From Vitreimonas sp. (GTDB lineage: Bacteria; Patescibacteriota; Microgenomatia; UBA1400; PJMF01), in assembly GCA_035627515.1 (NCBI GenBank), contig DASPLQ010000012.1, positions 1,034,331-1,098,330 on the forward strand: 64,000 nucleotides of DNA, in the 5' to 3' direction. The notes under the pieces were generated by a model that saw only the letters and a list, made by a program, of their open reading frames with translations, was not told the origin of the DNA and ran no database searches. Positions 21,183 to 31,546 of the stretch are shown here, one piece after another; position 1 is the first letter of the stretch; the number at the start of each line of letters is the position of its first letter. The position numbers and the translations under genes were made by a program.

Positions 21183-22927
21183 ATACTTCATTTTTAACAA
21201 AAATAGGCCAATGGCTCGATCGCTACTTACTGCTTGTTTTAGCCAGTGCATTGATCGCTTTTGTGCCCTTGATGCCCAAAATTCCGCTGTTTAGCTTGAT
21301 CGAAGAATATATTGTGCGCGTTCGCAGTGAAGACTTTTTAATTTTGTTAGCAGGCGTGGTGTGGGTGATTCAATGGTTGCGAGGTAAAGTAACCTGGAGA
21401 ACACCCTTTTTCTGGGCAGTAGTGGCGTATGCCGTTGTCGGGGCGTTATCAGTTTTGAGTGGCATGTTTATTACTCAGACGGTAGTCCTTCAACCCAAAC
21501 ACGTCGGGAAAACCTTACTCCATTATTTCCGTTATCTTGAGTATTTTTCATTGTTTTTCATTCTGTCTTCCGCGATTAAAACTAAAAAAGATGTTTACAT
21601 TGCTATCAGTATATTTGTCGCTACATTAATTGGTATTAGTGCCTATGGTGTAGGGCAGAAATACCTGTATTGGCCAGTTTACTCCACCATGAATCGTGAG
21701 TTCAGCAAGGGTGTGCGGTTGTATCTTACCGAACACGCTCGCGTGCAATCCACTTTTGGTGGTCATTATGACTTGGCTGCATATTTGGTGTTGTCTTTGC
21801 CTGTGGTGTTGACGTTGGCTTTTATGATCAAGCCCCCAGCTTTGAAAGTGGGGTTGTTTGCAGCTCATTTCTTTGGGTTATGGCTCATGATTGTGAGCGC
21901 TGCTCGCACTTCTTTTGCGGCTTATTTAATCGCTGTTAGTTTAGCTTTACTGTTGATTGCCCTTGTCAGAGAAGAGACATGGCTGAAAAAATTCTGGTGG
22001 GCTGCATCCAGGTGGTTTGTGGTGATGGGTATTACTGGTGTGATGATGCTGAGCTTCGGCAACGACATGTATGAGCGTTTCCTTCAAGTACTTGAGGGAT
22101 ACCCTAAGCTACACGATACCTATCACACTATGAATGGTGAAGTGAAATGGCTTGTTCAGTACTACATTCCTGAAACCTTAGGCTTGAAAGAAGTCAGCAT
22201 TAAAGTGGAGAAGCCTGAAGGGGGAGAAGCTGTGGATGAGTTTGGGGTGATTGTGCCCAGTGATACTCAGCCCACTACTAAGCGCCCAAGTGACGTCTAT
22301 GAAGATATTCCCGACGTCGTTTACGAAGCCACCACCTCAGCTGATGGCACAATTACCTGGGAGAAAAAAGAAGTTCCTCGCCAGTTCTCAGAAAATGCAG
22401 AGCGCTATGGATTGTCTTTGGCTATCCGTCTCGATACGCTGTGGCCGCAAGCCATCCAAGGTTTTAAGCGCAATCCATTATTGGGGAGTGGGTATGCCAC
22501 GCTCAATCAAGATGCTAAACAAACCTTCATGATTGCTGATAGTACCGATAATAACTTCCTGCGGACACTGGGTGAAACAGGTTTATTAGGCTTTATTACT
22601 TTTTATGGCATCATTGGGATGGCACTCTACTTTTCTGTGCGAGCACTTAAAGACGACGATATCTTGTTACAAGCTTTGAGCATTGGTTACATTGCCGCTT
22701 CGGTGGGATTATTGCTCAATGCAGTGTATATCGATGTTTATGCGGCTTCGAAAGTTGCACAGTCGTATTGGTCAGTGACGGGCTTAATCATGGGGTATTA
22801 TTTCTTACTGCATCCTCGTGAAGCGCAGTTGAGCCCAGAAGCTCCAGCCGCACAGGTTGCTAAAACGTCCCCAACAAAGCTTGCTGTCACCCGTACTAAG
22901 ACCCGAGCTAAGAAAAAACGCTCATGA
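21179..22927 (+). CDS. O-antigen ligase/polymerase-like (Wzy_C) membrane protein
   Basis: Polytopic membrane protein with a large periplasmic loop. The start was placed at ATG 21179 (ATGA overlap), not at the ORF-track start 21056. Confidence 0.5.
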   Translation: MNTSFLTKIGQWLDRYLLLVLASALIAFVPLMPKIPLFSLIEEYIVRVRSEDFLILLAGVVWVIQWLRGKVTWRTPFFWAVVAYAVVGALSVLSGMFITQTVVLQPKHVGKTLLHYFRYLEYFSLFFILSSAIKTKKDVYIAISIFVATLIGISAYGVGQKYLYWPVYSTMNREFSKGVRLYLTEHARVQSTFGGHYDLAAYLVLSLPVVLTLAFMIKPPALKVGLFAAHFFGLWLMIVSAARTSFAAYLIAVSLALLLIALVREETWLKKFWWAASRWFVVMGITGVMMLSFGNDMYERFLQVLEGYPKLHDTYHTMNGEVKWLVQYYIPETLGLKEVSIKVEKPEGGEAVDEFGVIVPSDTQPTTKRPSDVYEDIPDVVYEATTSADGTITWEKKEVPRQFSENAERYGLSLAIRLDTLWPQAIQGFKRNPLLGSGYATLNQDAKQTFMIADSTDNNFLRTLGETGLLGFITFYGIIGMALYFSVRALKDDDILLQALSIGYIAASVGLLLNAVYIDVYAASKVAQSYWSVTGLIMGYYFLLHPREAQLSPEAPAAQVAKTSPTKLAVTRTKTRAKKKRS

Positions 22928-24426
22928 AAAAATGGATCGACCTTGTTCTCCTAGTGCTGATTTTGAGTATCGCCGCTGGAGTGAGACTGTACCGAGTTAC
23001 TGCGCCTTTAGCTGATTGGCACAGTTGGCGCCAAGCTGATACTGCCTCCGTGACTCGAGAATACGTAAAGCACAATTATCCCCTGACTTTATCCCATTTT
23101 CATGACTTGTCCAACATTCCCAGTGGTGAAGAAAACCCTCAGGGATGGCGAATGGTTGAGTTTCCGATTGTAAATTATCTAGTAGCCGGAGTTTTACGAC
23201 AATGGCCGATGCTAGATTTGGTGAGTACGTATCGCGTTTTTTCTATTTTTGCTTCGTTGATCATGATCTCTGCTTTGTATATCTTAGTACAAACTATTAG
23301 TAATGATCGCTGGCTGAGTGGGTTGACAGCGCTGATCGTAGCGCTGATGCCATACTCCATTTTCTACTCTCGGGTGATTTTACCTGAGCCTTATATGTTG
23401 GCTGCACAGGTACTCAGTTTATTGGCTTTTGTGAAGTGGTTGCAAAGTTTATCTACCACTTCGAAAAGTAATTCGAGCTCTTTAGTCGCCTGGTCGTGGT
23501 TTGTGCTCTCAGTAGCTTGCATGGCACTCGCTTTGTTGCTTAAGCCGCCCGCTATTTTTATTGCTCCTGTATTTGCCATCATGGCCTGGTGGTACCTGGG
23601 TTGGAAGTTTATCACTACCTGGCAGTTATATGTCTATGGTGTGGTAGCTTTATTGCCCATGTTGTGGTGGCGCACCTTTATTCAAGATTATGCTGTAGGT
23701 ATTCCCGCTTCAGATTGGTTATGGAATGGTAATGGTATCCGACTTAAACCGAGCTGGTGGCGCTGGTTGTTCGCTGATCGCATCGATCGCTTGATGCTGG
23801 GTTATTGGGGAAGTGTGTTTCTATTTTTAGGTATGGCGGTCAAAAGTGCCAAGGACAAATGGAGTGCGATCGATATTTTATCTCTGAGCTGGTTTGGATC
23901 GATGGTATTGTATTTAGTGATGTTAGCCACTGGTAATGTCCAACATGATTATTATCAAGCTATGTTGGTGCCTAGCATAGCTCTGATGGTCGCTCGTGGG
24001 GTAGTGTGGTATTGGCGTTTGCCAAGTACAGTCGTAGCACGCTGGGTGGTGGTAGCGAGTACCGTGTGGGTGGCGGCCTTAGCTGGCTTTTTATCATGGT
24101 ATGAAGTCCGAGGTTACTTTAACATTAATAATCCAGCCATTGTGGAAGCCGGCAAGCGCGTCGATGCGTTAGTGCCAGCAGATGCGCTGGTGATTGCGCC
24201 ATACCAGGGTGATACGGCGTTTTTATTTCAAACTAACCGTCGAGGGTGGCCCATCGGGGGTTTAATTCCGCAGCGAATTGAACAAGGGGCGAGTGTGTAC
24301 GTCACAACAGCCCTTGACGATGAAGCCAAAGCGTTGCAAACTCAATACCAGACAATTGAACAGAAACCTGAATACTTGATTTTAGATTTGAGTAAACCAG
24401 TTCCTGCTAGTGCTTCTGCCCGCTAA
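22924..24426 (+). CDS. GT-C membrane glycosyltransferase, PMT_2/GT39 family
   Basis: ADWHSWRQADTAS motif. Multi-pass membrane protein. Confidence 0.7.
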   Translation: MKKWIDLVLLVLILSIAAGVRLYRVTAPLADWHSWRQADTASVTREYVKHNYPLTLSHFHDLSNIPSGEENPQGWRMVEFPIVNYLVAGVLRQWPMLDLVSTYRVFSIFASLIMISALYILVQTISNDRWLSGLTALIVALMPYSIFYSRVILPEPYMLAAQVLSLLAFVKWLQSLSTTSKSNSSSLVAWSWFVLSVACMALALLLKPPAIFIAPVFAIMAWWYLGWKFITTWQLYVYGVVALLPMLWWRTFIQDYAVGIPASDWLWNGNGIRLKPSWWRWLFADRIDRLMLGYWGSVFLFLGMAVKSAKDKWSAIDILSLSWFGSMVLYLVMLATGNVQHDYYQAMLVPSIALMVARGVVWYWRLPSTVVARWVVVASTVWVAALAGFLSWYEVRGYFNINNPAIVEAGKRVDALVPADALVIAPYQGDTAFLFQTNRRGWPIGGLIPQRIEQGASVYVTTALDDEAKALQTQYQTIEQKPEYLILDLSKPVPASASAR

Positions 24427-24429
24427 GTT

Positions 24430-25653
24430 ATGAAAGTTTTAATGCTTACCCCCTATTTGCCGTATCCGTTATTGTCGGGTGGGCAAATCCGTACGTATAA
24501 CTTGCTCAAAAAATTAGCTAAGAAGCACGATATTACCCTTTTTGCCTTGATTAAAGAAAATACCGAACGGCAGTATATTCCTGAGCTCGAAAAATATTGT
24601 AAAAAAGTTCGGGTGTTTAAGCGTTCACAAAAGCCTTTTACGTTAAAAAATATTTTGCAAACTGGCTTTTCCAGTTTTCCGTTTTTAGTTATTCGTAACT
24701 ACGTGCCAGAAACGGTCAAAGCTGTCAAAAGTGAGCTGGAAACTGAACATTACGATTTGATTCATGCCGAGACGTTTTACATGATGCCCCACTTGCCTCC
24801 CACCAGCATTCCCACTATTTTAGTTGAGCAAACGATCGAGTACTTGGGGTATGAAAGTTATGCCAAACGAGCATGGCGCTTATTGAGACCACTGCTTAAC
24901 ATTGATATTCAAAAAATCCAACGTTGGGAAGAGTACTATTGGCGGACGTGTGAAAAGCTGATTGTAATGAGCGAGGAGGATCGCCAGTTTATTGCCAACA
25001 CGGTGGGCAGTGATAAAAACATCGAAGTGGTAGCCAATGGTGTAGATGTAAAGTGGTTTCAAGAAAAACCGCATCAATTGCCTAAAGAGCCAACCGTTTT
25101 ATCAGTGGGTACCTTTAAGTGGTTGCCCAACATTGAAGCTGTAGATTTCTTAGCAAAAAAGGTGTGGCCTAAAATTAAAACCAGCTTGCCCAAAGCGCGC
25201 TTATGGATTGTGGGCAATGCCCCCACCAAAGAAATTGTGGGTCTGCAGCAAAAAGATACCAGTATTACGGTCACCGGCGGAATTCCCGATATTCGCGATG
25301 CCTTTAAGGGAGCTCATGTGTTAGTAGCGACGGTGTTTAGTGGTAAAGGGACACGATATAAAATTTTAGAAGCTTTAGCGAGTGAGACGCCGGTGGTGGC
25401 AACGGAGATAGCAGTAGAAGGATTGGGTGTGGAGAACGGACGTGAAGTAGTCACGAGTAACACCCCGGAAGGTTTGTCAGAGTTAACAGTACAAGTTTTG
25501 ACAGATCAAAAATTGCGCCAAAGTCTAGCCAAAAAAGGCTTGGAGTTTGTGACCAAGAACTTTGACTGGGATTTGATTTCTCAGAAGTTGGATCGCATTT
25601 ATCTGGAGCTAGGTCGGACTCGGCGCACCACGGTCGCCAATCAACGTAAATAA
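24430..25653 (+). CDS. GT4 (group 1) glycosyltransferase
   Basis: About 400 aa with GT-B fold. C-terminal nucleotide-sugar-binding region. Confidence 0.75.
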   Translation: MKVLMLTPYLPYPLLSGGQIRTYNLLKKLAKKHDITLFALIKENTERQYIPELEKYCKKVRVFKRSQKPFTLKNILQTGFSSFPFLVIRNYVPETVKAVKSELETEHYDLIHAETFYMMPHLPPTSIPTILVEQTIEYLGYESYAKRAWRLLRPLLNIDIQKIQRWEEYYWRTCEKLIVMSEEDRQFIANTVGSDKNIEVVANGVDVKWFQEKPHQLPKEPTVLSVGTFKWLPNIEAVDFLAKKVWPKIKTSLPKARLWIVGNAPTKEIVGLQQKDTSITVTGGIPDIRDAFKGAHVLVATVFSGKGTRYKILEALASETPVVATEIAVEGLGVENGREVVTSNTPEGLSELTVQVLTDQKLRQSLAKKGLEFVTKNFDWDLISQKLDRIYLELGRTRRTTVANQRK

Positions 25654-25656
25654 TTT

Positions 25657-26532
25657 ATGGCACAACCATACGATCTGACCATCATTATTCTCAGTTATAA
25701 CAGCCAGTTTTGGTTGAAAAAAACCTTAGATACTTTAAAAGCTTTTTATCTGCGACGCAGTAAATTACAGATCAAAGTAGTGGTGGTGGATAACCACAGT
25801 AGTGACGAATCGGTAGCTATGGTGCAGAAACAGTTCAAATGGGTAGAGCTGAAAGAGCTTGAAGATAATTTTGGTTTTGCCAAAGGTAACAATCAGGCGC
25901 TGGCAGAGGTAAACAGCCGGTATGTGATGCTGTTAAATTCCGATGTGGAGTCTACCACTGAAACTAAGTTAGATCAGTTAATTGCGTATATGGATGAAAA
26001 TCCCAAAGTGGGGGTGGTGACACCCAAAGTGCAATTGAATGATGGCAGTTTAGATTGGGCATCTCACCGGGGTGAGCCAAGTTTGTGGGCCAGCTTTACG
26101 TACTTTGTTGGTTTAGAAAAGATCTTCCCAACCTCGGCAGTTTTTGGTCAGTATCATCAGGCCTATCAGGATTTGAGAAATATACATGAGATTGATGCTT
26201 GCTCGGGTGCAGCGATGATTGTCCGCACCTCTGCGATGAAGAAGGTGGGTTTTTTGGATGAACAATTTTTTATGTATGCTGAAGATCTCGACTGGTGTAA
26301 GCGATTTCGCGAAGCTGGTTATAAGGTAATGTTTCATCCCGCTGCCACGGTAATACATCACAAATATAAATCTGGTTTGTCAGGGTCTACGCACCAAGTT
26401 CAACGCAAGACAACCGGATACTTTTACGATACAATGCTGCAATATTACGACAAACATTATCGAGCACAGTACCCAGCTTGGGTGAGAACGATTATCAAAT
26501 ATTTACTTACTCTAAAAAAGGGAGGTCTATGA
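25657..26532 (+). CDS. GT2 glycosyltransferase
   Basis: IIILSYNS...VVDNHSSDES...LLNSDVES. Paralogous to the 20175..21182 gene. Confidence 0.75.
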   Translation: MAQPYDLTIIILSYNSQFWLKKTLDTLKAFYLRRSKLQIKVVVVDNHSSDESVAMVQKQFKWVELKELEDNFGFAKGNNQALAEVNSRYVMLLNSDVESTTETKLDQLIAYMDENPKVGVVTPKVQLNDGSLDWASHRGEPSLWASFTYFVGLEKIFPTSAVFGQYHQAYQDLRNIHEIDACSGAAMIVRTSAMKKVGFLDEQFFMYAEDLDWCKRFREAGYKVMFHPAATVIHHKYKSGLSGSTHQVQRKTTGYFYDTMLQYYDKHYRAQYPAWVRTIIKYLLTLKKGGL

Positions 26533-26960
26533 CCAATTCTTCTATTCATTTTAAAGTTGAGCAGCTTCGTCAAAAAAGCTTGCTGAAGACAGTCGAGTCA
26601 GTTGCTGTGTTTTTCTTCAGTATTTTTGTGACAGCTTTCTTGCCAAACTTGTTGATCCGCTACGTCTATGCCAATCAGCAATTATTTGAACAGCCAAAAT
26701 TATTAGAGTACATTCCTACCGTTAGCTTTGTGTTAGCAGTGGCTTACTTTTTATTTGCGATGATCGGCAACTTATTACGCGAAATGAAAGCTCAAAAATT
26801 GGAAAAAGAAGCCGAATCAATGGTTGGTTGTGATTGTGAAGACTGCGACTGTGGTTCTCATGATTCACACATGACCATGATGCCTGAATCTGCAAGTGTT
26901 AATGAGTTATCAGCTGCCTTAAAAAAATCGAGCCGCGGCCGCAAAACTAGTAAAAAATAA
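26530..26960 (+). CDS. Small membrane protein with Cys/His-rich C-terminal tail
   Basis: RBS GGAGG precedes ATG 26530 (ATGA overlap). Two TM helices, then CDCEDCDCGSHDSH. Confidence 0.5.
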
Positions 26961-26970
26961 TTAATTCAGT

Positions 26971-28101
26971 ATGCGAATTGGGATTGATTGCCGGCTGGCG
27001 GGAAAACGTCACGCCGGCATCGGTCGGTACATAGAGAACTTAGTCAGACGCTTGCCCTCACAAGTCGCATCAGTGACGTGGGTGTTGTTTTTCCATGATC
27101 AAGAACAGCAGAGTGAAATACTAGGCAATAAATCTTTAAAAAATGTGGAAGTAGTGTTAGCCCCCGTGAAACACTATTCGATGGCTGAACAACTAAAAAT
27201 GCCCGGTATTTTTCGCCGCGCTAAATTAGATTTACTGCATATACCCCACTTTAATGTCCCGTTGCTATATCGTGGCAAAATTGTGGTTACGATTCATGAT
27301 TTATTATGGCATGAGTACAGAGGTGCACATGTCACCACCTTATCGCCGGTTGTGTATTGGTTAAAATATTGGGTGTACCGTCGTGTTACTGCCGCGGCTG
27401 TCAAACGAGCCCGAGTTATTTTTGTGCCCGCTCAAACTATTAAACGAGTAGTTAGTAAGTATTATTCCAAGGTGGAGAAAAAAATTCAGGTCACTAAAGA
27501 AGGAGTGGGAGTTCAAAATCTCAATAATTCAAATCCCATCCGCCGGCTGGCGGACCAAATTCCAACTGGGCAAAAAACTTTTTCTGATTTACTGTATGTT
27601 GGTTCGTTATATCCACATAAAAATATTAAAGTAGTAGTGGATGCGTTAAAACAGCTTCCCAATTTCACCCTGACACTGATCGGCTCACGTAATGTCTTCC
27701 AAGACCAAGTCAAAGAATATGTCAGAAAACAAGGGGTAGAGAAGCAGGTGACTTTCGCCGGGTATGTCGCTGACGAAAAATTAGGAGATTACTACTCATT
27801 GGCATTAGCGTTAGTGCAGCCTTCATTATCCGAGGGATTTGGTTTGACAGGTGTCGAAGCTTTAGCTGCTGGTGTCCCCGTCTTAGCCTCTAATATTCCC
27901 ATTTTTAATGAAATCTATAAAGATGCTGCCCTTTATTTTGATCCTCACTCTGCAGATTCATTTATAAAAGCGGTCAAAAAACTGCAAGCCTCCGACAGAA
28001 AAAAGGTCGTCAACCGTGGGTACAAAATTGCCAAAGAATATAGCTGGGATAAAATGGTCCAAGAAACCTGGCAGGGATATCAACAAGCGCTAAAAGCTTA
28101 A
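26971..28101 (+). CDS. GT4 (group 1) glycosyltransferase
   Basis: C-terminal SLSEGFGLTGVEALAAGVPV motif. Confidence 0.75.
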   Translation: MRIGIDCRLAGKRHAGIGRYIENLVRRLPSQVASVTWVLFFHDQEQQSEILGNKSLKNVEVVLAPVKHYSMAEQLKMPGIFRRAKLDLLHIPHFNVPLLYRGKIVVTIHDLLWHEYRGAHVTTLSPVVYWLKYWVYRRVTAAAVKRARVIFVPAQTIKRVVSKYYSKVEKKIQVTKEGVGVQNLNNSNPIRRLADQIPTGQKTFSDLLYVGSLYPHKNIKVVVDALKQLPNFTLTLIGSRNVFQDQVKEYVRKQGVEKQVTFAGYVADEKLGDYYSLALALVQPSLSEGFGLTGVEALAAGVPVLASNIPIFNEIYKDAALYFDPHSADSFIKAVKKLQASDRKKVVNRGYKIAKEYSWDKMVQETWQGYQQALKA

Positions 28102-28107
28102 GGACAT

Positions 28108-28551
28108 ATGGCTCAATCGGCTCGTTTCACGCTCATAACTGCTGTGCACTTGTTTTTAGTTAAAGGTGATCAGGTTTTGTTGGCACGACGTTACCAGACA
28201 GGATATGAAGATGGCAAGTATAGCGTCCCGGCGGGGCATGTGGATGGCAATGAAACTATCACTACCGCTTTAGTCCGAGAGGCTGCCGAAGAAATTGGGA
28301 TTGTAATTTCACCACAAAATATTGAGTTTGCCCATGTCATGCATCGCATTACCGATCGCGAGTCCGTGGACTTCTTTTTTTGGTGTCGGGACTGGCACGG
28401 TGAGCCAAAGATCGGTGAGCCAGAAAAATGTGATGAGTTGCGTTGGGTATCTCTCAGTGGCTTACCCAGTAACACCATCCCTTATATTAAAAATGCCTTA
28501 GAAATGGCCTTAACACAGACACCTTATTCTGAGTTAGGATGGTCAGCATGA
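28108..28551 (+). CDS. NUDIX hydrolase
   Basis: Nudix box GHVDGNETITTALVREAAEEIGI. Confidence 0.8.
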   Translation: MAQSARFTLITAVHLFLVKGDQVLLARRYQTGYEDGKYSVPAGHVDGNETITTALVREAAEEIGIVISPQNIEFAHVMHRITDRESVDFFFWCRDWHGEPKIGEPEKCDELRWVSLSGLPSNTIPYIKNALEMALTQTPYSELGWSA

Positions 28552-29696
28552 AGCAAGCTCGCGTGGCTTTAGTTTATGATCGAGTCAATACCCCACATGG
28601 TGGTGCAGAGAAAGTACTTTTAGCCTTGCATGATATCTTTCCTGAGGCTCCCCTTTATACATCTGTTTATCACAGAGATCAGGCACGTTGGGCGCAGATT
28701 TTCCAAGTTGTTCCCTCCTTTTTACAACGCTTGCCAGGTGCGGACTCTGCTCACCGCTGGTTAGCTCCGTTAATGCCGCTGGCTTTTGAGAGTTTTGATC
28801 TCGACGAATACGACATCGTCATTTCTATTACCAGTGCTGAAGCTAAAGGCGTGATCACCAAGCCTCATCAACTTCACATCTGCTATTTACTGACTCCTAC
28901 CCGTTACTTATATAGTCATCACGATGAGTATCTCAGCTCACTGCCAAACTTACCCGGTTTGAAGTGGGTTGCGGCTCGTTTATTAGCTTATCTACGGTGG
29001 TGGGATGAAAGTGCTGCCTTTAGGCCCGATGTTTACATTCCCATTTCCCAGCTGGTAGGTGAGCGGTGTGGTGAGTTCTATCATACTGAGCCAGATGCGG
29101 TGTTATATCCACCTCTGGAGCTAGACACTAACGTTCAATTACAATCACCCCTGACGACTTTACCTGACAATTACTATTTAGTTGTATCGCGTTTAGTAGA
29201 GTATAAACGTGTAGACTTGGCGATTCAGGCCTGTCAGGAGCTAGGAAGAAACTTGGTGATTGTAGGCGTAGGGCCAGAAGAAAACAAACTCAGAGCTTTA
29301 GCAACTCAAAATAATAAAGCGAAGGTTACCTTTTTAGGCAGTCTCTCACCTTCAGAACTGATAGATATTACTAATCGTGCCACTAGCCTGTTGATGCCCG
29401 GACTCGAGGATTTTGGTATCACTGCTCTGGAAACAGTCGCTCAGGGAACTCCCGCCATTCTGCACGCCCAGAGTGGAGCAGCCGAGTTACTTACAGATGG
29501 AAAAGAAGCAGTTTTTATTGATGAGGCCACACTTTCAGCTCTGATTGACGCCATCAAACGTCTTGAAACCATATCATTTAATAAAAGACAAATGCAGAAA
29601 AAAATGCAAAAGTATGCTACAACTATCTTTTGTGAGACCTTTCAGGCACGGGTGTTACACCACTGGCAAAGGTTTCAAGATGAAAGGAAGGTATGA
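28548..29696 (+). CDS. GT4 (group 1) glycosyltransferase
   Basis: GT-B fold with LVEYKRVDL and GLEDFGITALE. Start at ATG 28548 (ATGA overlap). Confidence 0.7.
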   Translation: MKQARVALVYDRVNTPHGGAEKVLLALHDIFPEAPLYTSVYHRDQARWAQIFQVVPSFLQRLPGADSAHRWLAPLMPLAFESFDLDEYDIVISITSAEAKGVITKPHQLHICYLLTPTRYLYSHHDEYLSSLPNLPGLKWVAARLLAYLRWWDESAAFRPDVYIPISQLVGERCGEFYHTEPDAVLYPPLELDTNVQLQSPLTTLPDNYYLVVSRLVEYKRVDLAIQACQELGRNLVIVGVGPEENKLRALATQNNKAKVTFLGSLSPSELIDITNRATSLLMPGLEDFGITALETVAQGTPAILHAQSGAAELLTDGKEAVFIDEATLSALIDAIKRLETISFNKRQMQKKMQKYATTIFCETFQARVLHHWQRFQDERKV

Positions 29697-30796
29697 ATCC
29701 TTTAGATCACACATATGCAGTTATTCTGGCTGGGGGTGGTGGCACACGATTGTGGCCTAAATCTCGTGAAAAAACTCCTAAGCAATTCTTAAAGTTAACG
29801 AGCAAAGACACCATGATGCAGGTGGCAGCAGCCCGTGTTACTAAACTGGTCAGCTGGGATCGCGTGATCGTGGTGACTAATCAAAAATATCGTGATGAAG
29901 TTCGCCACCAATTACCTGAAGTTCCCGAAGAAAATATCATTGCTGAGCCTGATAAACGCGATACTGCCTTAGCAATGTTGACTGGCTCTCTGTTTGCCAA
30001 ATCCAAAGATCCCGATGCGATTGTTATTAATAGTGCTTCTGACCACGTTGTTCCTGATGAAAAGGAGTTTGTGCGTGTCATGAAAGCTGCCATTCAAGTG
30101 GCTTCCGAAGGTCAAACATTGATTACTGTAGGTATCACTCCCACCTTTCCTTCGAGTGCCTTTGGATATATTAAAATTGGCACGGAACTAAAGAAACTTG
30201 ATAAGGGGCTGTCACTCTTCAATGTGGCCAGCTTTACTGAAAAACCCAATGTAGCTACTGCTCAAGCTTTTATTTCCACTGGTCGTTACTTTTGGAATGC
30301 CAATATGTATGTGTGGTCAGCAGCAGGTTTGAAAGAGGCTTTCCACCAACACATGCCTAAGATGTACGAGCTGACTGAAAAACTGGACACATTATCGCCT
30401 CAAGAATTTCATCAGGCTTTACCTGACGTCTACAAAGAAGCAGAAGCTATTTCCATCGATTATGCAATTTCAGAGAAAGCTGATAACTTGGTGCTCATTC
30501 CTGGTGACTTTGGCTGGAACGACGTTGGTGATTGGAAAGTAGTTTATGATCTAGGCACCAAAGATTTAGCGGGGAACGTGATTGTAGGTGATGGCGATCA
30601 GATCAATACATTGGCGATTGGATCACAAAATAACCTGATTCATGCCGATGGTCGATTGGTAGCTTTGGTAGGAATTGATGACATGATCATTGTCGATACT
30701 CCCGAAATTTTAATGATTGTGCCTAAATCTCGCAGTCAAGATGTCAAAAAATTAGTCGAGCGCTTAAAAGAAGAAGGTAAGAAAGAATATTTATAA
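29693..30796 (+). CDS. manC: Mannose-1-phosphate guanylyltransferase
   Basis: N-terminus YAVILAGGGGTRLWP. ATGA overlap with the upstream gene. Confidence 0.8.
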   Translation: MNPLDHTYAVILAGGGGTRLWPKSREKTPKQFLKLTSKDTMMQVAAARVTKLVSWDRVIVVTNQKYRDEVRHQLPEVPEENIIAEPDKRDTALAMLTGSLFAKSKDPDAIVINSASDHVVPDEKEFVRVMKAAIQVASEGQTLITVGITPTFPSSAFGYIKIGTELKKLDKGLSLFNVASFTEKPNVATAQAFISTGRYFWNANMYVWSAAGLKEAFHQHMPKMYELTEKLDTLSPQEFHQALPDVYKEAEAISIDYAISEKADNLVLIPGDFGWNDVGDWKVVYDLGTKDLAGNVIVGDGDQINTLAIGSQNNLIHADGRLVALVGIDDMIIVDTPEILMIVPKSRSQDVKKLVERLKEEGKKEYL

Positions 30797-30876
30797 GTAA
30801 TTGAGTAAATAAGTAACTGAGTAATTGTGCGCGACAGCGAACAACTCAATTACTAAATTACTTAGCAACTCAGTCT
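30797..30876. repeat. Intergenic compound direct/inverted repeat element (GAGTAATTG / ACTGAGT motifs)
   Basis: Reads GTAATTGAGTAAATAAGTAACTGAGTAATTG-14 nt-CAACTCAATTACTAAATTACTTAGCAACTCAGTC. Several interleaved inverted copies lie in 80 bp. Confidence 0.5.
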
Positions 30877-31497
30877 ATGTCATACGAACTGCAAAAACGT
30901 GCTCTCGATATTCTAGTGGCTTTAGGCTTGTCTGCCTTGTTTCTTCCTATTTGGTTTGTTATTCCTATCTTGGTCTATCTTGATTCAGGTTGGCCGGTTA
31001 TTTTCCGTCACAAACGGGTGGGGAAGGATGGTCAGGAGTTTTATCTTTATAAATTCCGGTCCATGGTGAAAGATGCTGAAGACATTTTGCATAAGCGCGA
31101 TAAAGAGTTATTAGCCAAGTTCAAGGCTGGGGACTGGAAAGTAAAAGATGATCCCCGGATTACCAAGCTAGGCAAAGTACTTCGTTCTCTGACTATTGAT
31201 GAGTTTCCTCAGCTGTACAATGTTTTCAAAGGTGAGATGAGTATGGTGGGGCCCCGAGCCTACGTCAAAAAAGAACTTGACGAACAGACTAGCCGTTATC
31301 CTGAGACAAAAGAATATTTAAAAGATATCTTGTCAGTCAAACCTGGTATTACTGGGCCATGGCAAACCAGCGGTCGAAATGAAGTGCCATTTGCTGTCCG
31401 AGCAAAGATGGATGCCCGATATGCTCGGACTCGATCAATTGTGAACGACATCTCGATTTTATTCCGAACGCCAAAAGCCATGATTTCAAAGTGGTAA
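30877..31497 (+). CDS. Polyprenyl-phosphate hexose-1-phosphate transferase (bacterial sugar transferase, WbaP/PglC-like)
   Basis: EFPQLYNVFKGEMSMVGPRA motif. Single N-terminal TM segment. Confidence 0.8.
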   Translation: MSYELQKRALDILVALGLSALFLPIWFVIPILVYLDSGWPVIFRHKRVGKDGQEFYLYKFRSMVKDAEDILHKRDKELLAKFKAGDWKVKDDPRITKLGKVLRSLTIDEFPQLYNVFKGEMSMVGPRAYVKKELDEQTSRYPETKEYLKDILSVKPGITGPWQTSGRNEVPFAVRAKMDARYARTRSIVNDISILFRTPKAMISKW

Positions 31498-31546
31498 CAC
31501 ACTTTCGGGTTGAATTTTATTTGACAGATTCAGTATACTAACCTTC

